64,000 nucleotides of DNA from NCBI RefSeq assembly GCF_036675695.1, contig NZ_JAKFEL010000110.1, forward strand, positions 839 to 64,838, in the 5' to 3' direction. The position numbers were made by a program, and so were the translations under genes. Position 1 is the first letter of the stretch. The number at the start of each line of letters is the position of its first letter. The stretch is from Aeromicrobium sp. Lineage in GTDB: Bacteria; Actinomycetota; Actinomycetes; Propionibacteriales; Nocardioidaceae. This document shows positions 57,165 through 64,000 of the stretch, piece by piece. Below the pieces are notes generated by a model that saw only the letters and a list, made by a program, of their open reading frames with translations, had not been told where the DNA came from and did no database searches.

Positions 57165-58859
57165 GTGACTGAGACATCAACGGCGCTAGATCGCCGCAAG
57201 TTCATTTCCACCGGCAGTGTGGTTGCAGCCGGAGTTGTTGCCGCTTCCCTGCCCGGCATGGTCGGAGCTCCTGCCGAAGCTGCCAGTGCCTACTTCAAGC
57301 ACGGGCTCGCGTCAGGTGATCCAACCCCCACCGCCGTCGTGCTCTGGACCCGTCTGACACCGACGTCGACATCAACCCCGGGATCGGGCAAGGGGCCGTC
57401 CGCCACCGTTACATGGCATGTTGCGACGGACCAGAAGTTCACGAAGATCGTCAAGAAGGGCACCTTCGCCACCAGCGCCAGCCGCGACCACACGGTGAAG
57501 CTCGACGTCACGGGGCTGAAGCCCGCCACGACGTACTGGTATCGCTTCTCTCACAAAGGCAGCTACTCCCCCGTTGCCCGTACGCGCACTGCGCCTGCGT
57601 ACACCGCGAACCTCGCGCGTATGCGGTTCGGCATCGTCTCGTGCGCCAACCTGCAGGCCGGCTGGTTCAACAGCTACCGCCACCTCGCGGCCCGCAGCGA
57701 CCTCGACGCCATCCTGCACCTCGGCGACTACCTCTATGAGTACGGTAACGGCGAGTTTGGCAACGGCATCAGCAACACCGACATCCGCAAGCATGTACCG
57801 GCCCACGAGACTCTCAGCCTGAAGGACTACCGCCAGCGGCACGGGCAGTACAAGCAGGATCCCGACCTGGCTTCGCTCCACCGCCGATTCCCGTTCATCA
57901 TCACGTGGGACGACCACGAGACGGCGAATGACACGTGGACCGAGGGCGCCGAGAATCACGACGCGTCGGAGGGCTCCTGGAAGGCACGCCGCGCAGCGTC
58001 CCTCAAGGCCTATGACGAGTGGATGCCCGTACGTCTGAGTGGCACGTCCAAGCTCGGCGACGGCACCCAGATCTATCGCCGCTTCCAGTTCGGCAACCTC
58101 ATCGACCTGTCGATGCTCGATCTGCGCAGCTACCGCAATGCTCCCGGCGCGGAGTTCAGCCCAGCCGTCGGCGTCTCGAGCGACCCGAAGCGTACGATCG
58201 CCGGCGCTACCCAGCTCGGATGGCTCCAGGAGAACCTGGCGACAACCAAGGCTCGCTGGAAGTTCGTGGGCAACCCGGTGATGATCTCACCGGTGCTCAT
58301 CCCGCCGCTGCCGGAGATCGTCACCAACGCCATCGAAGCCACGTCTGGACTCGTTCCCCCTGGCATCTTGCCGACCGAAGGCGTGCCGTACAACACCGAC
58401 CAGTGGGACGGCTACCTCGTTGAGCGCAAGAAGCTCACCGACTTCATCAAGTCCAAGAAGATCCAGAACATCGTGTTCCTGACCGGAGACATCCACTCGG
58501 CGTGGGCGTGTGACATACCTGCGGACAAGGGTCTCTATCCGCTCGGTGGATCGATTGCGACCGAGCTCGTGACCACCTCGGTGACCAGCAACAACCTCGA
58601 TGACCTGGTCGGCGTTCCTCCCCGTACGACGTCGATCGCTGTCGAGGCAGCCATCCAGACCGTCAATCGTCACGTGCGCTATCTCAACTTCGACGATCAC
58701 GGCTACTCGGTGCTCGACGTGACACCCGCACGGGTGCAGATGGACTACTTCATCATCAGCGACCGGATCGACCCGAAGGCAACATCGGCTCGTACGGCGT
58801 CCTGGGTCATTGCGAGCGGCACCCAGAAGGTCAAGCCTTCGGCAACCGGCATCGCCTAG
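57165..58859 (+). CDS. phoD: Alkaline phosphatase D family protein (Tat-exported)
   Basis: DRRKF Tat motif, HGLASGDP, HLGDYLYE, WDDHE, DQWDGY, TGDIH. Confidence 0.92.
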   Translation: MTETSTALDRRKFISTGSVVAAGVVAASLPGMVGAPAEAASAYFKHGLASGDPTPTAVVLWTRLTPTSTSTPGSGKGPSATVTWHVATDQKFTKIVKKGTFATSASRDHTVKLDVTGLKPATTYWYRFSHKGSYSPVARTRTAPAYTANLARMRFGIVSCANLQAGWFNSYRHLAARSDLDAILHLGDYLYEYGNGEFGNGISNTDIRKHVPAHETLSLKDYRQRHGQYKQDPDLASLHRRFPFIITWDDHETANDTWTEGAENHDASEGSWKARRAASLKAYDEWMPVRLSGTSKLGDGTQIYRRFQFGNLIDLSMLDLRSYRNAPGAEFSPAVGVSSDPKRTIAGATQLGWLQENLATTKARWKFVGNPVMISPVLIPPLPEIVTNAIEATSGLVPPGILPTEGVPYNTDQWDGYLVERKKLTDFIKSKKIQNIVFLTGDIHSAWACDIPADKGLYPLGGSIATELVTTSVTSNNLDDLVGVPPRTTSIAVEAAIQTVNRHVRYLNFDDHGYSVLDVTPARVQMDYFIISDRIDPKATSARTASWVIASGTQKVKPSATGIA

Positions 58860-58868
58860 AACGCAGAT

Positions 58869-58906
58869 GTCCGCGGTCAGCCGTCTTCCCAGCGGCTGCC
58901 GCGGAC
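58869..58906. terminator. Hairpin between convergent phoD and LysM genes
   Basis: GTCCGCGG(T)CAGCCG...CGGCTGCCGCGGAC. Confidence 0.6.
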
Positions 58907-58920
58907 TTCTGTGTGGTGGG

Positions 58921-59310
58921 TCAGTTGTAGACCGGCACCGCGATCTCCGAACCCATCTGCAGGGCGGAGGCGTTGGGGAGGGAGTTGAGCTGCAGGATGT
59001 CGTCAACCGTCGAACGGATGTCTCCGTTGGGGTTGGCGTCTGCGGCAATCTCCCAGAGGGTGTGGCCCGGCAGGACCGTGACCGTGGTGGTGTTGGGCAG
59101 CGCGCCGGCCTTGTCGCCAGCGAGCGTCGACGAGCCGAACAGGACCACCATCACCGCGATGATCGCGAGCGAGATGGTGAAGATGAATGCCTTGCCACGA
59201 CGCGTCAGGCGAAGTGCCGGCGCGACCGGCAGGTCGGGAACGGCGACCAGATGACGGACCGGAAGAACGGTCGTATGGGTCGGGCTGTGATCGAATGCGA
59301 TGCTGCTCAT
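58921..59310 (-). CDS. Membrane-anchored LysM protein (ChiZ/DivS/YneA-like)
   Basis: LRLTRRG + TM + VTVLPGHTLWEIA...I.QLN.L....LQMG LysM; ATG 59310. Confidence 0.82.
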   Translation of the reverse strand: MSSIAFDHSPTHTTVLPVRHLVAVPDLPVAPALRLTRRGKAFIFTISLAIIAVMVVLFGSSTLAGDKAGALPNTTTVTVLPGHTLWEIAADANPNGDIRSTVDDILQLNSLPNASALQMGSEIAVPVYN

Positions 59311-59395
59311 GAGGTGCCTCCGTGGGGGAAGTGAGACGGTTTGTGTGAAGTTGGTGCGTTCGAGCGAACCCTGCTCTTCGATGTCATTCGATGGT

Positions 59396-59478
59396 GCGAA
59401 CAGGCGTTCGATCGAACACATGTACGACATTAGAGGACGACTCCGACAAAAGCACGCATTTGTCGAACAGAATTTCGA
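59396..59478. promoter_or_regulatory. Three SOS (LexA) boxes upstream of the LysM gene
   Basis: GCGAAC-AGGC-GTTCGA (59396), TCGAAC-ACAT-GTACGA (59412), TCGAAC-AGAA-TTTCGA (59463); actinobacterial consensus TCGAAC-N4-GTTCGA. Confidence 0.8.
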
Positions 59479-59557
59479 ACGGGCGTGTCGCGCCCTGCAA
59501 TTGCAGGCGGAATTTGTTCGACAGGCGGGCACGCCGTACCGGCACTAACGTCGAGGA

Positions 59558-60358
59558 ATGCTCCGTCAACACGTTGTGGCCGCCTGGAAACAGGCCTCCT
59601 CGCACCAGGCTCCCCTGCTCGCCGCAGGGGTCGCCTTCTATGCATTCCTGTCGCTGTTTCCCGCGATGATCGCTGCGGTGATGCTCTACGGGCTCGTCGC
59701 CAGCCCGGAGACTGTGCAGCGTCAGTCCGAGAACATCGCCGATGCGCTGCCAGCTGATGCGGCCTCAGTCGTCAACGGCCAGCTCGAGTCACTGACTTCG
59801 ACGTCCTCTGGCTCCCTCGGCATCGGCCTGGTCATCGCGCTGGCGCTGGCGATCTATGGAGCGTCCGGAGGTGTCGGCAACCTCGTCACCGCGATCAACC
59901 AGATGTTCGGGCAGCGCGATCGGCGCAACTTCCTGAAGCAGAAGGCGCAGGCTCTGCTTCTGACTCTTGGCTCCATCGTCTTCTTCGCTGTCGTCATCGC
60001 CCTGGTCGCCGTCGCCCCTGCCGTGCTCGACTCAGCGCTGCTCGGCGGTCTGCGTTGGGTGCTGGTTGCTGCGGCAATCGTCCTGGCGATCAGCGTGCTG
60101 TTCCGTATCGCCCCCGACCGTCGCGGGCCTGGCGGCCGATTCATGAGCAAGGGCGTGCTGGTGGCCAGTGGTCTCTGGATCGTGGCGTCTGTCGGCTTCT
60201 CCGTGTACGTCGACAACTTCGGCAGCTACGCCAAGACGTACGGCGCCCTCGCCGGCGTGGTCGTCCTGTTGCTGTGGCTCTGGGTCGGCGTCTACGCCCT
60301 GCTGCTCGGTGCAACCGTCGAAGCACTCGACGAGGAGTCCAGCTCACTGGTTGAGTAG
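59558..60358 (+). CDS. YihY/BrkB family membrane protein
   Basis: LAAGVAFYAFLSLFP, YGALAGVVVLLLWLW. Confidence 0.88.
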   Translation: MLRQHVVAAWKQASSHQAPLLAAGVAFYAFLSLFPAMIAAVMLYGLVASPETVQRQSENIADALPADAASVVNGQLESLTSTSSGSLGIGLVIALALAIYGASGGVGNLVTAINQMFGQRDRRNFLKQKAQALLLTLGSIVFFAVVIALVAVAPAVLDSALLGGLRWVLVAAAIVLAISVLFRIAPDRRGPGGRFMSKGVLVASGLWIVASVGFSVYVDNFGSYAKTYGALAGVVVLLLWLWVGVYALLLGATVEALDEESSSLVE

Positions 60359-60381
60359 TGCGACCGACTCCAGGAGGACAA

Positions 60382-60672
60382 GTGGCCGGCTTCATCCCGA
60401 AGAACCCCGCGCAGATTCTCAACCGAGCCGACACCGCGCTCACCAATGTCGACGGCGTGCTCGGAAGGGTCGAGGGCACCTTGGCATCGGTGAGCGAGAC
60501 GTTGTCGTCAGCCACGTCAACGCTGGATCAGACCAACACGGTGCTGACCGAGGTGCAGGGTCTGCTCACGGAGCTGCAGGACGAGATCGCGCTGATCCGC
60601 CAGGTACCCGAGATCGCCGCTCAGGTCTCCGAGATACACGCCATCGTCACGACGCTGGCGGCGAAGGGCTAG
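60382..60672 (+). CDS. Hypothetical heptad/coiled-coil protein
   Basis: AGGAGG RBS then GTG 60382; repetitive amphipathic helix. Confidence 0.65.
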   Translation: MAGFIPKNPAQILNRADTALTNVDGVLGRVEGTLASVSETLSSATSTLDQTNTVLTEVQGLLTELQDEIALIRQVPEIAAQVSEIHAIVTTLAAKG

Positions 60673-60974
60673 AGAACCCGTCCCAGTACGAACGCTGCCG
60701 CGCCGACCACGACGGCGAGCAGGATTAGCCCACTGATCAGCTCGATGTTGGGTCGGTTGCCGTGCGGGATGTGCGTCTCGTTGAGGTCGGCCTCGAAGTC
60801 CGGCAGGAGCAGCTGGAGATCCACCGTCGCGGCGTCGGCCTTGCCTTCAGACGAGAGCAGCGCCCGGGCTGCGGCCTCGACACCGTTGAGGTCTGGCGAC
60901 GTCGTCGTACCGACTCCGCGTACCTCGACATCCCATGCGGTGCCCGACTTCTTGCCCACGACGAGATAGCTCAT
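60669..60974 (-). CDS. Hypothetical protein with C-terminal TM helix
   Basis: 101 aa, divergent from lexA. Confidence 0.6.
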   Translation of the reverse strand: MSYLVVGKKSGTAWDVEVRGVGTTTSPDLNGVEAAARALLSSEGKADAATVDLQLLLPDFEADLNETHIPHGNRPNIELISGLILLAVVVGAAAFVLGRVL

Positions 60975-61012
60975 GAGCCCAGCCTACGGTCCCAACACCC
61001 GCGACACGCTAA

Positions 61013-61045
61013 TCGAACAGGTGTTTGAATTGAACACCTGTTCGG
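61013..61045. promoter_or_regulatory. Two tandem SOS boxes at the lexA promoter
   Basis: TCGAAC-AGGT-GTTTGA (61013) and TTGAAC-ACCT-GTTCGG (61030), followed by -10 TACGCT (61049-54). Confidence 0.82.
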
Positions 61046-61060
61046 GGTTACGCTGCCCGC

Positions 61061-61783
61061 ATGACCGACGATCGCACAGCCGAAGTCAGCGAGCTCCCCG
61101 ACGGGCCGGCCGACTCCTCCGGGCTCACCGCCCGCCAGCGCAAGGTGCTGGAATTCCTGCATGAGGAGATCGCCAAGCGTGGCTACCCGCCAAGCATGCG
61201 CGAGATCGGTGCCGCGGTTGGTCTGACCAGCACTTCATCGGTGGCGCACCAGCTTCGTACGCTCGAGAGCCTGGGCTACGTCAAGCGCGACCCCAACCGT
61301 CCCCGTGCGCTCGAGATCTTCCTGCCGGATGTGATGGCAGCCCGCCGCTCGATGGGCGCGGCCAGCGACTCGACGTTCGACGAGACCGGTATCGGCGACG
61401 CCATGCCTGCCGCGATCAACGTCCCCATGGTCGGCCGCATCGCCGCCGGTGGACCCATCCTCGCGACCGAGCAGGTCGAGGAGATCTTCCCGCTGCCCAA
61501 GTCACTCGTCGGCGAAGGCACGCTGTTCATGCTCCAGGTCGTCGGCGACTCGATGATCGATGCCGCCATCTGCAACGGCGACTACGTCGTCGTACGCCAG
61601 GAGCAGACCGCCAACAACGGCGACATCGTGGCAGCCATGCTCGACGGTGAGGCCACGGTCAAGACATTCCAGCGCAAGGACGGCCACGTATGGCTGCTCC
61701 CGCACAACGAGGCCTACTCCCCCATCGACGGTGACCACGCGCAGATCCTCGGCATCGTCACCACAGTCCTCCGCAAGGTCTAA
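61061..61783 (+). CDS. lexA: SOS repressor LexA
   Basis: LTARQ..VL...GYPPS.REI...SV.HQL wHTH; GRIAAG cleavage site; GDSM and ATVK catalytic Ser/Lys. Confidence 0.96.
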   Translation: MTDDRTAEVSELPDGPADSSGLTARQRKVLEFLHEEIAKRGYPPSMREIGAAVGLTSTSSVAHQLRTLESLGYVKRDPNRPRALEIFLPDVMAARRSMGAASDSTFDETGIGDAMPAAINVPMVGRIAAGGPILATEQVEEIFPLPKSLVGEGTLFMLQVVGDSMIDAAICNGDYVVVRQEQTANNGDIVAAMLDGEATVKTFQRKDGHVWLLPHNEAYSPIDGDHAQILGIVTTVLRKV

Positions 61784-61800
61784 GCCCTCGTCAATCCTCT

Positions 61801-61863
61801 CGCGATTTGTGACGGTGGCGGCGCTACGCGACGACTGAAGCGCCTCTCGCGTCACAAATCGCG
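61801..61863. repeat. 14-bp inverted repeat between convergent lexA and galE, overlapping the galE stop
   Basis: CGCGATTTGTGACG ... CGTCACAAATCGCG. Confidence 0.6.
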
Positions 61864-62826
61864 GCGTTGGGTTGCGTTGCGGGCTTGCCAGGCGCTGGTG
61901 ACCATGTCGGCGACCGTATGACGCATCGCCCAGTTCAGGTCGCGCGCCGCAAGCTCACCTGACGCGACGATGCGGGCGGGATCGCCTTCGCGTCGTGCTG
62001 CGATCTCGGGCTCGAACGCGATGCCCGTGGCATCTGCGACAGCCGTCATGATCTCGCGCACCGACACACCATCACCGCTACCAAGGTTGTAGACCGGCTC
62101 GAGCTCAGTGCCGGCGAGCAACTTCTGCGCTGCCACGACGTGCGCATCGGCCAGGTCCGCGACGTGGATGTAGTCGCGTACGCAGGTGCCATCGGCCGTC
62201 GGGTAGTCATCGCCGTAGATGCGCGGCGTACGGCCCTCCAGCAAAGCCTCGATGACCAGCGGGAACAGGTTGTGCGGGCTCGAGTCGTAAAGCTCGGGCG
62301 TCGCCGAGCCAACGACGTTGAAGTAGCGCAGCGAGGTGTGGTGCAGCGGATGCGCACGCGCCGCGTCGCGCATCAGCCACTCCCCGATCAGCTTGGTCTC
62401 GCCATAGGGCGACTCCGGTGCCGTCGCCGTCGCCTCGGTGACGATGTCGACGTCGGGGGTGCCATAGACGGCGGCACTCGAGGAGAACACGATCTTGTCC
62501 ACGTCCGCCTCATGCATGGCCTGCAGCAGGCTCACGGTGCCCTGCACGTTCTGCTCGTACGTATGCAGGGGTCGCTGCACGGACACACCGGCGTACTTGA
62601 AGCCCGCCAGGTGGACGACCGCCTCGACCTCGTGCTCGACCATGGCCTTGGCCAGGATCTTGGTGTCAAGAATCGAGCTGTCGATCACGACGACGTCGTC
62701 GGGGACGAACTCGCGATGGCCGCTGGAGAAGTCGTCGACGATGATGCAATCGAGTCCGGCCAGCCGGAATGCTCGCACAATGTGCGAACCGATGTAGCCG
62801 GCACCGCCGGTGATCAGAACAGTCAA
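61852..62826 (-). CDS. galE: UDP-glucose 4-epimerase
   Basis: ITGGAGYIGSH, FSSSAAVYG, YGETK, LRYFNV, GTCVRDYIHV. Confidence 0.93.
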   Translation of the reverse strand: MTVLITGGAGYIGSHIVRAFRLAGLDCIIVDDFSSGHREFVPDDVVVIDSSILDTKILAKAMVEHEVEAVVHLAGFKYAGVSVQRPLHTYEQNVQGTVSLLQAMHEADVDKIVFSSSAAVYGTPDVDIVTEATATAPESPYGETKLIGEWLMRDAARAHPLHHTSLRYFNVVGSATPELYDSSPHNLFPLVIEALLEGRTPRIYGDDYPTADGTCVRDYIHVADLADAHVVAAQKLLAGTELEPVYNLGSGDGVSVREIMTAVADATGIAFEPEIAARREGDPARIVASGELAARDLNWAMRHTVADMVTSAWQARNATQRRDL

Positions 62827-62871
62827 CGGTGGTCCCTACGAACGTTGGTTGGTCAGAGCCTCAACAGGCTA

Positions 62872-64000
62872 TCAAGGCGTGGTCGCCGCTTCGTCGAGCC
62901 GGCGCAACGCACCCAACGCGGTCTCGCGATCAGTTGTCCGCCACATGTCGGGCAGTGACGCCGCAAGGAACGAGCCGTAGCGAGCGGTGACGATGCGCGG
63001 ATCGAGGATCGCGACGACTCCCTTGTCAGTCGCCCGACGGATGAGCCGACCAGTCCCCTGCGCGAGCAACAGAGCCGCGTGATGGGCGGCGACGTTCATG
63101 AACCCGTTGCCGCCACGCTTCTCGACAAGCCGCTGACGCGCGCTCATCAACGGATCGTCGGGGCGCGGGAACGGAATGCGGTCGATGATCACGAGCTGAC
63201 AGGTGTCGCCCGGGAGGTCGACGCCCTGCCACAGGCTGAGAGTGCCGAACAGGCAGGTGCTCGGCGTCTCGGCGAACCTGCGTGCCAGCTCGGGCAGCTG
63301 CGCGTCGCCCTGGCACCAGATGTCGATGTCAGGGAGCCGTTCGCGTACGACCTCAGCTGCACGTTCGGCAGCGCGGCGTGAGGAGAAGAGCCCGAGCGTA
63401 CGACCGCCGGCCGCCTCGACGAGCGCGGTGATCTCGGCGAGCTGCGCCTCCTCCAGACCATCGCGACCAGGCAGCGGAAGGTCCTTGGCGACGTAGAGCA
63501 TTCCCTGCTGCTGGTAGTCGAACGGCGATCCGACATCGAGCGACGACCAGTCGTCGTCGCCGGGCTTGAGGCCCAGCGATTGGGCGACCGGATCGAATCC
63601 GCCACCGAGCTTGAGGGTGGCGCTGGTCAGCACGACGGTCTTCTCGCCGAAGAGCTTCTCGCGGAGGCTCGCCGACACGTCAATCGGTGCGATGTGGAGA
63701 CGCTTGTCGCGCTGACCAGCACTCATCCAGAGCACCTCAGTCTCGCCCTTGGACGCCATCCGGTCGGCGATCTTGCGTACGTCGTCGACCATCCCTCGTG
63801 CCTGCTGTCGCGCAGCATCGGGCTCGGACTTGCCGTCCTCCTTGGGGAAGTCGGACATGGTCGCGCGAGCAGAGTCGCGAATGAGTGCGAGCGCTTCCTG
63901 CAGTGACTCGTCGACGTTGTCGATGCGCCCCTCGTCCATGCGGACGAGCACGTCGTTCAGCGCGTCGGAGGCGTCAGCGAGATCATCTGCTCCCTGGCCG
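62872..64000 (-). CDS. dinG: DinG/YoaA-family helicase, 5' part outside window
   Basis: VLTSATL, SPFDY..Q, LFSS, GTLSLWQGVD.PG, IDRIPF, QG.GRLIR..DKG. Confidence 0.85.
   Translation of the reverse strand, partial: GQGADDLADASDALNDVLVRMDEGRIDNVDESLQEALALIRDSARATMSDFPKEDGKSEPDAARQQARGMVDDVRKIADRMASKGETEVLWMSAGQRDKRLHIAPIDVSASLREKLFGEKTVVLTSATLKLGGGFDPVAQSLGLKPGDDDWSSLDVGSPFDYQQQGMLYVAKDLPLPGRDGLEEAQLAEITALVEAAGGRTLGLFSSRRAAERAAEVVRERLPDIDIWCQGDAQLPELARRFAETPSTCLFGTLSLWQGVDLPGDTCQLVIIDRIPFPRPDDPLMSARQRLVEKRGGNGFMNVAAHHAALLLAQGTGRLIRRATDKGVVAILDPRIVTARYGSFLAASLPDMWRTTDRETALGALRRLDEAATTP

Overview
This is high-GC actinobacterial chromosomal DNA; gene content suggests Nocardioidaceae/Aeromicrobium-like, which is an inference I cannot confirm. 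About 58 CDSs are supported. Core and metabolic genes: a TetR-regulated phenylacetyl-CoA epoxidase operon (paaABCDE), xth, cspA, gluconate permease/kinase, ppdK, nrdR-nrdJ, phoD, lexA, galE and a partial DinG helicase. Signalling and envelope genes: a PAS-GGDEF-EAL protein, an M6 protease, two PASTA Ser/Thr kinases, two lipoprotein serine hydrolases, two secreted histidine acid phosphatases and two NERD-like proteins. Three things stand out. (1) A dispersed family of REP/BIME-like palindromic units (GGTGGTTGAGTAG-variable loop-CGTATCGAAACC) occurs as 15 complete copies in 6 intergenic clusters. The densest cluster brackets a small GIY-YIG nuclease gene on both sides, in the way REPs flank RAYT transposases. 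(2) A ~8.8 kb island with atypical codon usage (about 40.3-49.1 kb) encodes DUF262, Z1-helicase-like, PD-(D/E)XK (DUF4420-like), a C5 DNA methyltransferase and an orphan DndB/DGQHR protein, a candidate defence system. (3) The usual actinobacterial lexA / LysM / nrdR-nrdJ cluster is split by two insertions, with SOS boxes and NrdR boxes still readable. No rRNA, tRNA, CRISPR array, integrase or transposase was seen. Family assignments come from motif recognition by eye, not database searches.
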